Positions 38,658-51,999 of a stretch of DNA of 64,000 nucleotides are shown piece after piece. The notes under the pieces were generated by a model. The model was given only the letters and a program-made list of their open reading frames with translations, was not told where the DNA came from and ran no database searches. Every line of letters begins with the position of its first letter. The first letter of the stretch is position 1. This stretch comes from Mytilus trossulus (Eukaryota): positions 25,009,216 through 25,073,215 of the forward strand of contig NC_086385.1 in NCBI RefSeq assembly GCF_036588685.1, in the 5' to 3' direction. The position numbers and the translations under genes were made by a program.

Positions 38658-41600
38658 AATAAACAGAAAGTATAACATTACAAGTTTTCTGTCTTATCGA
38701 ACATTACTGATATATACGAGGGTAGAAATGTTGGTGATATTATCCATTTTCAGAGTTCAGGCGATTCCGTACACATGAAACTTTGAAGCAAATAATACAT
38801 GAAATAAATTAGATATCAGCAATTAATTCTATATTCAACTTTATAAAAATCAAGGCAAATATATCAAGTTTAAGAAAAATTTGGTAATTTCAATGACTTC
38901 ATTTAAAAATAAATTAAAAAAAAAAGGACACAACAATTTCTAAAAGAGGGGTATAAACACTATGGTTTGGGAGATGTTTTTCTTTATCATTCTTACATAG
39001 GTCAGGCCTAAGCTATAGGTTTTCTGGATTGATTTGTCTTACATTTTTTCATATTGGATCCTATCTTTATTTCAATCATACAACACTTTCTTAATATTTT
39101 TATACTTGTTATAGTTGTTATAATTTCTCTGCGAATTTCATCAGCTTAGTTGTAAATATTTTAAAACAGGCATTGTTCTCCCAAAAAAAATCTATCATAC
39201 TTTTATTCAACCAAAACGGACATTTTCATTCATAGCTTTCCAAAATTCTAAAACCTCAAAGAATTGTAAATAAATCATGTGATAGGTTTAAGCAGCAGCT
39301 AGGCAAGGGTATTTTAAAATTCTGTTTACACTACCGTAATAAATGGATAGTCCTGATGATCGGCTAATATCCTGAAGCAAGGACTCAACTTTTCTGTTCT
39401 CTTTCACCTCAGATCTACAATCATTATGTTAAGTCAGAAAAGATAAGATAAAATATAGCTATAGCAACCATTCAAAAGGAGCAGTACAAACGCAGATCAA
39501 CGTATACTGGAGTAAAATAGACAGTGCAATTTCAAAACAATTATGTTCATTGAAGCATTTGTTGGCAGATAAAACTGAATAAGAGTATATAATCAGAGTG
39601 CTTGTAAGAAATGAAGGGTAAAGATTGCTATAATTTATCACTGGGAAGAGAAATTAAATATTGCACTACTGAGCTTTGGCTCAACAAAGGAGGATAACTG
39701 TGACAATGCCATCATTGATGTTTTAGAAAAGATATTAGATTCATGCACCATGCAAAAATTAAGTAATTTTCTTGAAAAGTGTAACATCATTTTGTAACTA
39801 GAATATCTCAGCAGAAATTCCATTGATAAATTTCTGGAAATGTTAATGGATAGGATGTATAAAATGTTATGATCAATGCACTATATTCTCAAAAGTGGGG
39901 ATCATGATCAACCTTGGAAGATTTAGATATCAAGTCAGTACCATAGGGTTATGATTGCATATTATGCAATCTTCACCAAAAAAAAGTATGTGAGGAATGA
40001 TTTTGTTTTGGTGTGGTCATCTTCATCTGATATAACATGCATCGATATCGGCCCCACTTCTCATTGTATACATAAGTTTTCTCTTCGTTCATTTTTTTAG
40101 GTTTTTTTTTAAGGTCCCTTATTTTCAGATTTTTTGTGTAAGAAAATTATTGTATCCTTGGTTAAGAAAAAAATACAATGATTAAATAACTGATTAGATA
40201 TGTTTAATACCACTTTCAGCAACACATGGCTATATCAAAACAGCCAGCTTTATTGTTGGTTGTAAATAGTCTTATTCGGTAGGTCACATTCATGAAAAGG
40301 AAAGGGATTGTAGTTACGACGTAAGGAACATATCAGAAATCGTTTGTGAAACTGTTATTCCATAACGGTCAACCAACTAGTGATGGCGTCCGTAAAATTT
40401 ACAAAAGGGATGATTTCAGCTTGTTGTTCAATAAAATTTCCACAAATGCATATTTTATATGAAGAAGAATTGTCAATATTGAAAGATTTTCAATTCATAT
40501 TATTGACAAAAAAGCGTAAACAAAAATAAGAAGATGTGGTATGTTTCCACAAGAGAACAAATTACCAAATGACACAGAAATTACATATTGGGCACTGTTC
40601 AGCCGTCAGCAGTGAACAAAATCATTACCTCATCGTCAACTAAATTCACTTTACAATAAAGAGACACATCTATATGCAATCTCAGTGGAAGAGAACCTTT
40701 CTTACCTCATTACTGGAGAGTTTCTCACATCTGGATCATAAATATAATGAGGTTCACCTACAACAAATAAAACAAAGTAATTAATGTTTTGAAACTATAA
40801 AGTTAACCATTATATATGCTTCATACAATATCTATTTTTTTTATTATGTTCGTTAATTCACCATACCATCATTTTCTTACATTAGATATTTTTCTACCTA
40901 CAAAATTGAACAATGAATAATCTGAGTCATTGATAGCAAAATATGAGACTTTATGTTGAAAACATTTTTTTAATTTTTTATTTTAAACATGAAATTGAAT
41001 AAAAATGTCTGTTTTATAGTTTTATTATCAACCTTCCTGACTATCAGTTCTTACAGAATCAGTATCCAGAACACCAGAATCATAATCTGAGTATCCCCTC
41101 TGGAAAGATAAATCCGGTTTTTTCTAATATGTATTTGGTTTTCCCTTATTTTCACTTTACTATTTAAATACAAGTTATCATCAGTGTAAAGTGATTTTTT
41201 CGGGACGTCAGGATATGGCCTTGGTGTTTTGCGGAAATTCGGGAGTGGAACTTTATTTTCACAGGAATTCGGGATTACCCCTTATCGGGACTCGGGAATT
41301 AATGATTATTTTTTCCGGTTCCTAAAACAAATGCTTCATTTCTTCGGGAATTCAGGATGACACCCCTTACTTCCGCCTCTTTATCGTGTGTCATCAATGT
41401 GTTATTTGAGCTCAATTTCAATATGTATTTATAAAGCTCCTGACATGTTTGGGCATATAAACCTCCTTGGCTTTCAAATTTAAGGTTTGACCGTATTGAT
41501 GAAGACAAATCCATAAAAGCACTGATGGCACAGGAAATTATTAATTGATACTACTAATATTTGTTTCCTGAAATGATTGATCGCAAAATCATGATCGAAC

Positions 41601-42967
41601 ATCTATAACAACGATTAATGATTGTGACTATGAGCTAAAATGACATTTTTGACATCTGTTTTAGTGTGAATAATTTTTTCCCTTGGCCTACAGCGGAGAA
41701 TTCAGGTTGAGACACACCTTAACCGTCTCTACTGACTTGTCTAAATCTATTATTTGTGACATGAAATATATCTTCCCAGCTTGCTCTGCTCATCCCAATT
41801 GTTAGGGTTACAACTCAACTAATGTAATATCCTCAATTTTAACATGTTCTTCTAGCAAAGTATGTTGATATGATGTACATGATGAAACAAAAAAATGAAA
41901 ATGCGATAAAAATGAACGCAGATGATGTGGGTAAAATGTCAGTAAGACTTTAACATTTAATCCCTAGAAATCCCCGAAATATTATTGCATGAAGCCCTGG
42001 TTCTACTACTGCTGCAATCTTCTATTTGAATATTAGAATTTGAATGCACGTATATTTCGTTTAAAAAATAAGGATATTTAATGTTGAAGGGCTGCAATTG
42101 TTATGTTATTGGAAGGAGTGTCGTGATTTTTTTTTCAAGGAAGGGATCTGAACATAAATCATGAAATTTCAATATCATCTCCCAGGTCCTTCCGATGAAA
42201 GAAATTGACGAGTCCTTAAGATATGGTTGTTCAACCTCCAACACATGAACGTCGTGTGCCGTAGAACGACACTTTGTGACGGATTTGTAAAGAGAAAGAT
42301 AACTATCTAGTAACAATTCGTTAAAAGACACTATTTTTAATCCCAGATGGCATTTAGTCCCTCACTCACTCTGCAACACCAGGAAGAGAAGAAGTACATG
42401 CAAACTCTAAATTCCCAGGTTCGCCACTACCGGGTTTCGAACCGCTTATCATGTTCTCGATGCGATTTTGCATTAAAAATATAATTTTGAAGTTTTAGTT
42501 CATCTCTCTTACGCTAGTGAGGTTGGATGGCGTATTTTGTATCGCGTAAAGTCGTCTGTTTTTTTTTGGTTTCCGTTAAAACCCAACGTGGAAAATATTC
42601 GTTGATGAACAGTAAATTCACATGAACCAAATATTCATATCTGTTTATATTATATTCACAATATAGTTCATCATGTTCACACATCAATAATTACATTAGA
42701 ATTTAATTGACTTTAAAATGTAGGTGGTTGGTAAAAGTTTAAATTTAGACAATGTCCACGAGATGATCAATTATATGTTAAAAATGGTTATTTTTGAAAT
42801 CTCAAAAAGAGATTTTATATGAATTTATAGGGTTAGATATACCATGAAATTACATTTATATTATAAAGAATATGTTTGCTTTCACAACATGTTCTCATCG
42901 CAATTAACTAGGTAGTTAAAAATTACATCTATAAGATGTACTCACCTACGTCATAATTTACCTGTGT

Positions 42968-43433
42968 AAAAGAGGGACGAAAGATACCAGAGGGACAGTC
43001 AAACTCATAGATCGAAAATAAACTGACAACACCATGGCTAAAAATAAAAAGACAAACAGACAAATAATAGTACAGAAGACACAGCATAGAAAACTGAAGA
43101 CTAAGCAACACCAACCCCACCAAAAACTAGGGGTGATCTCAGGTACTCCTGAAGGTTAAGCAGATCCTACTCCACATACGGCATCCGTCGTGTTGCTTAT
43201 GTTATTACTAATCCTGTATATAAGTCTGATCCGGTAGGTCACATTCGTGAAAAAGGAAGGGTATTGTAGTTACGACATAAGGAACATATCCGATATCATC
43301 TGTGAAACGGTAATTCCATAACGGTCAACCAACTCGTGATGACGTCCGTAAAATTTAATAGCTTCCTTAAGCTTGTGAGCTGCAATCCTCTATCAAGGAA
43401 ATCATGATAAGAAATACAAGCCCGGAAATATCA
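42968..43433 (-). mobile_element. Penelope-like element 3' tail inserted in the left inverted arm
   Basis: Homologous to 31930-32390 (+), 40270-40420 and 56860-57010. Confidence 0.75.
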
Positions 43434-43618
43434 TACAGTAACTTCAGTTTTAATTTGTCGTTTAATTGAATAATTACAATTGTGTGAACAAAAACCTGAA
43501 TTCATTATAGGGGTGGTGGTGGATTATGGTAATAAAAATTCCCGAGGCACATAAGTATAACGGGAATTGATTGTCTTCTTGCGCATGTGTAATTCATGTA
43601 CGTGTAGGCGTAGGAATT

Positions 43619-43630
43619 TTTGGCGCCAAA
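43619..43630. promoter_or_regulatory. Palindromic E2F-type site TTTGGCGCCAAA
   Basis: Perfect 12-bp palindrome in a locally CpG-richer patch, ~40 bp after tgcgcatgtg (NRF1-like). Confidence 0.35.
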
Positions 43631-46323
43631 CAAATAGGTTGTAAAGTGACTGTGTTATATAGTTAATTCTAGCCTGAACTTCGTACTGTGAACATCGTAT
43701 TTTTAAGGGGTTTTAAGGAAAAAAGATTTGCACAATTTTGTATTTTGATAAATATATCGATTTTTATGAAGGTTGATTGGCTATACAAACGTAATCGTAT
43801 TTCGACTTTTGTACCAAAATTGTTTATAGCCCTTGAGTCCTAATTACTAGCTTTCTTATCTATTGCAATATTTACAAACAAAATTATGTTTTTCTTTTTC
43901 TCATATGATAAGTGAGGTCCAACAGAGTTTCGCTGGCATGGACAAAAGGACTCAGGTTTCCTAAATAGGTTTTCCTGGTCGGCCACGAAACATTCATTTA
44001 TTCAGATATTCAAATACAAAAGGTTAACATTTATAAGTATATTTTGTTGAACAATGGTGATATTGTTTTCACATTGTATAGTGTATAATTTGTTTATATT
44101 GATCATTAGTCTTATTAAACCGGCAGCTCACAATTTGCAGTACTCGAGCTAGTCAACAACATAAGTTTGTGTTGTGTTTTTCTTTAAATAGTTGAGTTTA
44201 GATGTAGTACGTGGTAAGAAGACGTATATTTAACCCTATAAAATCATATACAATCTCTTCTTGAGAATTCAAAAATAACCATTTTATATGAATTTGGTTA
44301 AATATACTTACCATGAAAATATAGAATATTTACTGATTAACAATTAGTATTTTATTTTGGTGGAGAATGAATTCTCTCACACATATACAATTTCCAACAC
44401 ATAAAAACTATGTCAAAATTATTAAAAAATAACTCGATTAAATTTTGTAAATACGTAAATTAGTCAAAACCGAAGTTACTAAATTTAAAATTATTACACA
44501 AAAAAACTATGCTGTATAACTATATGTATCAATGGCAAAACTCTGTAGATTGCATAAATAAATGCAAAAATAGACTTGAATAAATAATCTGCAGGCCAGT
44601 ATGAAAATTATTTCATTAAAACTCCTTCATTATGAGTTAAATTTGTTGTAATAGTATTGCAACAGTAAAAAAGCATTATTTTTTTTAATTTTTAATTTGT
44701 CATGTGAATAGGTTGTTTGTATTGCTTGTAAAAATCGACAAGAACTAATCCAACCTTAGTATCATTTACTTTTCATCTTTGAAATATTACTTTTCCAAAC
44801 TTTAGTTTATTTTAAAACAATTAGCTTCTCTCTAACTTTCGTTTGTTTTTTCTATAATTCTAATACAATAACAGAGTTTATATGATTGCTGTCATCTTTT
44901 GATAACCTGATCATTATCAATATCTTTCCAAATAAATTCTTTTGTGCTTAAATGTCAAAGAATTATCATCAATTAAAATATTCTTTGTAAATCAATGTCC
45001 TTAATGCCAACAAAGTATAATAAGACTCAAGCAAAAGTTGTTTCATGATTATGCTAAATCTGGATCAATCTATACACATTTTTTTGAAGTTATAGTCTCC
45101 TTGAGTACTTATTTTTCTAGATATACTACTCTTGTTAAAATTTAATAGATTTAGATTGAAAATATTTTTGTCAAGAGAAGTCTTTCATTACAGGAACGAC
45201 ATGATAATTTTCCAAACCGACTCAACTTTAGAGTCTGATAGAAATTTCAATGAGTAGTAGAACCTTTGAATACAATGTCTCCCAGATCAACAATGAACAA
45301 ACATTATCTTTGTGTTTAGTAAAAAACTAAAGATATGGACAAATCAGTGGACATGTTTAAGTATACATGTTTTCAAATGGTATCATATTGCTTCTACAGA
45401 ACATTTGGATGTTGAACAAGCCAAAACTGTTGTCCTTATAAGCCAAAAAGAATGCTGACAGATGATTTTCCCCAACTATGAAAAATCTGTCTGTCAATGT
45501 TGTTTTGATATTTCTAATTAATACCTCACACAATGGCATACTGTCTAAAATGATAACCTTTAGGCACGATTGATAATAAATTATAAATTGCCATGTACAG
45601 TTCCAAATTTAAAGAAACAAAAGTTTAACATATTGAACAACACTTGAACTGTTGCTCTTGACAAATTTTTTTATTTGTTTCAGAAAGTCTTTCACAATCA
45701 GAATAACTAATATGCAACTTGTCAAATATAGTTCTATACATGTATTTGTCTCATTGGCACTCACACCACATCTTCCTATATCTATTTAAAGAAAACTATG
45801 TTTGACAATATGGAAAACTCTTGTACTAACTTGCTTTTAATAAGTGTTCTTTGTTGTTTCAGAAATGGTTTCACAATCAGAAATGCTCATTTTATTTCTC
45901 TCTTAGTTCACCTTATCTGAATTCTATACATTCTGATATGGTTCCATATATACCAACCAAAACACTTTTGGTAGTATTTTTTTGACTTCAACCTAATTAT
46001 TTGGTTAAACTAATAGTCACTCAGAAGAATTTTGCATTTGTCAACAGATTTGACAAAACAAAATAAATGGGATTTATATAATCACATCTTTCAGAACAGT
46101 ATTGAATCAAAATAAACACTAGTTTTTCTAGTATATTCTTGCATAGAATACTAACTCTATGCTAGATATTTAATATTAATTCTGCAATGTTGTTAGATTA
46201 TTGTCTGGTTATTATAAAAGTTGAATAGTGAATACCATCAATTTGGGGATTTAATCACACCTTATATATTTGAAAACCTTCCTACATGTAGATAAGTCAC
46301 AACTTGACTTTGACAAATCTTGA

Positions 46324-47034
46324 CAAGACTAGATTTTTTTTTCACTCTTTGTTAATAATGAACAAAAATAAAAAATTAACAGTGACATTTTAAATTTAGA
46401 TATTATTAGTTACATAGTGTGCTAGTGACCTAATATGGTATACCTGGGGTCAGTACATTCGCTCTCACCCCATATTTTTTTTCATTATTAACAAAGAGTG
46501 AAAACAAATTCTAGTCTTGGGGTTAGAGCGAATTTACTGACCCCATATATACCGTATTACGTCACTAGCACACTATGTAACAAATTTATCTTACTGACTA
46601 TCTTAACGTGTAAAATTTAGACTAGCGACGTATCAATTGAGCAAGTTTTTAATACAGTTAGCATTAACATGATTAAGAAACTACTTCCTTTGATCCTAAA
46701 AAACAGATGCCAACAATGACAACGTGTTAGATTTAAATGTGTTTTATGACTTTATTTCGCTTTATCATCACTTTCTTCGTCTGTTGAAACTTTAAAGATT
46801 TTTTCTCAGTACTGTTTTGTTTTTCTAAAGGTACGTAACACCAATACTAGCCGTGTATGTAATAAGCCCCGCCTCCTTATTATCTTATATGGAATATAAA
46901 GGGACGCAACTCCACTACTAACCGTGTATGAAATAAGCCCCGCCTCCCAACTAACCTAATATTAAATATACACGGTTTCCACGAGGACACTTTTAACCAA
47001 TCATATTCCTAGAAATGTATAGGAGGTAAGATAA
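46324..47034. mobile_element. Non-autonomous element: interleaved inverted repeats plus a TTATCTTAC...GTAAGATAA module
   Basis: A 46324-46370 / A' 46473-46519; B 46409-46472 / B' 46519-46581; module 46586-47034 flanked by the 8-bp direct repeat TAACAAAT. Confidence 0.65.
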
Positions 47035-48409
47035 TAACAAATGTCTTGCACTTATAATCATGGAATTATCATATTGCATTTTACTTCCATGTACTAACAG
47101 ACTATTGAATGTTATTTGCTAACTTTTAATCAGTCTTTTAAATAAACTGCATTTCCTATATTTTGCTCTTACATTAACTGCTTCTACAGGTGCTAAAATT
47201 TGAGAACCAATTGAAATATATATAGTTGGTACAATGTTAGCCCAAAAGACCTCTTCTTTTTTCTGCGTCTTGTAAAGACTGGTTAAAAAGAAGCTTTATA
47301 TAAAGAGATGTACGAGATAGTTCATTTCTAAATCTTGTAAACTACTCAAATCTTCACGTCCATGTCTAACATTTTATTGAATCTTGCATCAACAATGCTT
47401 TAAATTTGTTTTTTTTTTAATAATATTTTACTAATGATATCTAATTTTTGCAAAATCTATATGATATGCCTTTATTCTGAAACTAAATTCTCAAAAAATA
47501 AATTCTAATGATAATAATTTTTTTTATATATATATATCAGTACCTTTGAGTCCTCTATAGTTCAGCTTTCTGATTCAATATAAACTCAAGGAAAAACTTG
47601 TAGCAGTTTGCTTAGCTGTTTTAACTACCAATCGCACATTAAGATTGAAAACAGACCCAATGAATGAATCCCTTACATCAAACTCTTGCCAAACTTGTCA
47701 TTGCTTTAAAAACTTTTAAAGAGCTTTTATAAGCAATTTCCGTGAATGAAGTCTTTGTGAAATGCACCATAATGGCATACATAAACTCTTCTTAATCCAA
47801 GAGACACTCTAGTCTTTACTTAAAAACATATAAAAGTCTTTGTTTCGTTAATGCAGACAAACAACCAATTGGTCAAGCAGTACGTACTGATAATATAAAT
47901 GTTCTTCTTGTCAGTAATTAATTGACATTGAAAATTAAAAATTGATAATATGAGTTGTCACAAGCTATCAACAGGTTTTAGAACGGTGTTTTATTCTAAC
48001 TGACTCAACATATAAGTAGTTTCTTAACATCTGTAAGAGAACAATTTATTAATAAAGACAAACGTAGAGCAATTTCCTGCTCCGATAAAAGATTTCAGGC
48101 TAGAATCTTAGAAATTACTGTCCTGATTAAATCTGGACATAATTATACATTTTGTGTATTGACATGTTTTAACTACATACACATTTGTAAGTACTAAATA
48201 ACTCTGTACTATTGCAGAGGTTTGATCCGTCTTGACCATTTCCAGACACTCTTTCAATATATTATCCATTTGAGTATATATACAATTGGCTGTACTGTTG
48301 GTTCATCACAAAATTCAATGTGCAACCAAAAATCAGCTAATATAGAAATGTGTGTTGTACAAAACAAGCAAACTGCTTGTGCTTGCAGGTTGTTTTAAAT
48401 ACAATAAAG

Positions 48410-49060
48410 GTAGACCTACGTTTCCTTGATGGAACAATGTCTACAACAATCAGATAGACCTGGACTAAAATTCACTATTCTGATTCGAATTTATTTTATT
48501 TCAGTACGTCAAATACTAAAGTTTTTATTTGCAATAATGATCTATGCTTCCTAAATATCAATGTGCAATCAATTAATAAGTATGATTGTTAGGTAAGATC
48601 AAATCTGTATTGTAGAATGCATGCAACTTACAGATCAAAATCATGCATGTTGTTCTAGTTCTTACGTTTCCTGGATGAAACGATGTGAACATTAATCAGA
48701 TAGTCTTGGGCAAAATCCCTCTTCTAATTTTATTTTATTTGTGTTGCATCAACCACTTTCTATTTTCAATAAATATGGTCTATGTTCCCTTAATGGAAAG
48801 TTAAACAAATAAACATAATCAGTTCTGGGCAAATTCCCTATTCTGATAGTGATTAACTATTAACTTTTAATAGTATCAATGTTAGTCTTCGCTCCCTGTA
48901 TGGAACGTTATCCAAATAAAACAAGCAGATTTTGGCAAATTCCCTATTCTGATTGAAATTTATTGAACCACTTAAGATTCTAGTGACAATAGTGGTCTAC
49001 GCTCCCATAAGGATATTATCCACATTAAAATAATCAGATCTGGTCAAAATACCTTTTATG
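48410..49060 (+). repeat. Degenerate ~110-125-bp tandem repeat
   Basis: Recurring aatcaga..ctggg/gcaaattccctattctgat and ggtctacgctccc motifs. Confidence 0.55.
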
Positions 49061-50569
49061 GTTGTAATATAGTGATGTGTTTACTCCGTCTCGTGTACCA
49101 GCTGTGTAAAGACTGTAGACAATATCAATTCATCCGAACTTTCCACTTAACCCGTTCCGTAGATTGGTCTAAACAGCTACAATTCGGTCAGCATGGAAGA
49201 AGAATTAAAACATCCGTTTATTTTCAAAAACGGAGCATTCATGTTACATGTCAGATTTTGACAGAAAAAAACTGCCTTTCCTCGCAACGGACTGAAGGTT
49301 TGAAAATGGCGGCTCAACAAAGGTTAATTTCTAGGTCGTCGTTTTAACTCGTAATCAGCACAGTAGTGTTGACGACATGTGCATATCAGAAACTTGACAA
49401 AAGCGCTATATGAACTTTAAATTAATCGTAAAACGATATTCCAAAAACAAATAAAGTCTTTTATAAAACATAAGTCAACAGTAGACTGTAAAAAATCCTT
49501 GTCGACGAGAAACCTGCGTTCACCTGAACGCAAAAAATTAAAACTGAAGTTACTGTATTTTACATAGGTAAATTATGACGTAGGTGAGTTCATCTTATTG
49601 ATGTAATTTTTAACCACCTAGTTAATTGCGATGGGAACATGTTGTGAAAGCAAATACATTCTATATAATATAAATGTAATTTCATGGTAAGTATATTTAA
49701 CCAAATTCATATAAAAATGTATTTCTGAAAGCAAATGATCGGGAGAATATCAATTATTCATCAAAACGTAATGATGTATAAAACATCCAAAAATGGTAAC
49801 AACTCCTAAAAAATAGTATTCTCTGACAGGTTTTAAAAGATTTCTTATATTCTATTAAATAATGAATCTCAGAATAAAAAGAGTATGAATCAATTACATA
49901 ATAACATGACCAATAAGAAAATCAAAATCTTTAAGTTAATAACCCGGATATTACTTACAGTCAAGTTACAATAAATGGCAACGTGTATTTGAATCAGGGA
50001 AATGGTACGATGGGTTGTAATTTACGTCCATGACCAGCACTGGGGCAACCAGGAATATTTCGTTAGTCAGTGATATATGTATTGGAGGAGATATATATAA
50101 ATATTTCAGGATCACGAAAGCTCGAAAAATGTAAAATTGTAAACAAAATTCTCACATCCATTAGACGAGAAAAAAATAGATTGTTTGCATTTAATTATTC
50201 TTACAATAGCGGAAAAATACATTGGTCTTGCAATCGGAAATATTCTGAAAGATTTATGTATAGATGTATGCACTTTATTCAGTTGTTTACTATATTGTTC
50301 AAATAATAAATGTTTTTTCTCATTTATTAAAACATAAAATAGTCATCATCCTATAACGAGACGTTCCGAAAATAAATATAACGACGTGAATATTTGTGTT
50401 ATTGTTTTGACTAAAAGTTGAAAGTTGTTTCACTTGTGTCAAGATTTGAAATGAAACAGGTTTATTGCATTTACAAATGATTTTATTGATCGACCTACAT
50501 ATTCAATGTATGACGTCAAATTTAATTAACCTGTTCCTTCCTGCAGACCACAGCAATTGATTTTTATGA

Positions 50570-51620
50570 AAAAAATCTTCCATCGAAATAATTCCTTCCC
50601 TTTTTTTGTCAAACAAACCATCGTGAGGTATAAAAAGAACTCAACTATAAGGCCAGTACAAGCATATTGTATGAAAAATTATATTAGCACTTTTTATTGT
50701 TTTCGACATAACCATTTCATGTGTTAGTAACCATTGACTTAAAGAATTCTCAATTATCCATCCTGCGGTACAAAAAGAACTGGATTCTAATGCTGTTTTT
50801 CAATATTCGGACAGAAGGTAATTTTACTTAATATTGATGTTGACACCAAATTGTGCAATTTTTAACTTTATATTCCTTCCCTTTAATGTAAAAATAAATC
50901 CATTCTGAGAGATAAAAGTTCTCAATTATCAGTCCAGCACACGAAAAAAAAGAGACAGAAAAACATATGGGCACTTTTGATTGTTGTCGACATAACATTT
51001 TAGTAACGGTAGATTTATAGAGCACTGCATTTGTGTTTAATTTTCCACCCTGATGTACAAAAAAAATTAATGCTGTTATATAATATTCTAGAAACAGGGA
51101 AAATTTTAGCACTTTTTATCAAAGCCGGCAACAAATTTTGCAATTTTAAACTTAAAATCCTTCATCTTCACACTAAGATATTAAAGTACTTAATTTTCAG
51201 GCAAGTAAATATTATAAAAAAAAAAGACAAAATACTGATATTTTTATGGTTGTCCACAAACGTTTTAGAGACCGTAGACATTTAGTGCTTTCAATTTGTG
51301 TAAAACTATCCATTCTGAAGTGAAAAAAGAATAAAATAAATGCTGTTACATAATATTCCACAAAAAGTAAACAAATTGGCACCTTATATTAAAGCCGACA
51401 ACTAATTTTCAATTCAAACTTAAATTCCTTTCCTTTCATGTAAAAATATCCATCCTGGGGTATAACAGTACTCAATTATCTGGCCAGTACATCATTATTA
51501 TAAGAAGAAGAAATATTGGCACTTTTTATTGTTGCCGACACAAGTTTTAGTAACCGTAGACTTTTAGAGCCTTCAATTTGTGAAAAAAAAATCCATCCTG
51601 AGGTACAAAAAGAATATTAG
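50570..51620 (+). repeat. Degenerate ~140-bp tandem repeat
   Basis: atccatcctgaggtacaaaaagaa-like motif at ~50620, 50756, 50897, 51045, 51308, 51448 and 51591. Confidence 0.6.
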
Positions 51621-51999
51621 TTATATTACATACAGCATCAGGAGTAAGTGGTCAACAATCTTTATGTCAGTTTATAATGAGTCAGGCTTAAATTCATAAT
51701 TAAGAAAATTGTGTTTGCGGATAAATTAATATCTAAAAAAAAAACGATGCCATCTCACGAAAAGGAAAGAAATTAAATATTTGGTACACAAATTCAGGGG
51801 CCAACAAAAGTGACCTGATCATGCTCTATTCTTTCTGTCAATAATGGTTTGTTGCCTCATATAACACATAATATATGACCCTTACATAACATTCTATGAG
51901 TTTGCACAGAACAATAATTGAAAAAAAAACACCAAAACAGTGTATGATTGACATACATGTAGTTGTAAAAATCAATTCTAAGTCTACTGTACCTTATCC

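Larger units (their letters stand above)
36970..38735. mobile_element. CACTA/foldback-type non-autonomous transposon with ~300-bp inverted arms
   Basis: Starts CACTAC; 37003-37080 is the reverse complement of 38655-38731; arms continue as inverted tandem arrays; right terminus eroded. Confidence 0.75.
35043..40757 (-). pseudogene. Spliced orphan gene or pseudogene; exons 40757-40706, 39414-39335, 36188-36073, 35213-35043
   Basis: GT..AG introns with compatible phases give EPHYIYDPDVRNSPVMRSEVKENRKVESLLQDISRSSGLSIYYEFLRLIQIFRRLIEN*LKR*PITKHDQISSEGQMWTSCQYKPSSKSR...QEQTS*; AATAAA at 34935-34940. Confidence 0.6.
42814..49718. mobile_element. ~6.9-kb unit bounded by long inverted repeats (putative decayed DNA transposon)
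   Basis: 42840-42970 plus 43434-43456 is the reverse complement of ~49533-49689 with few mismatches; the left arm is split by a Penelope-like tail. Confidence 0.55.

Noticed and set aside
49306-49322. Possible first coding exon ATGGCGGCTCAACAAAG|GT
   Set aside because: No downstream exon could be linked, so it is kept only as a motif note.
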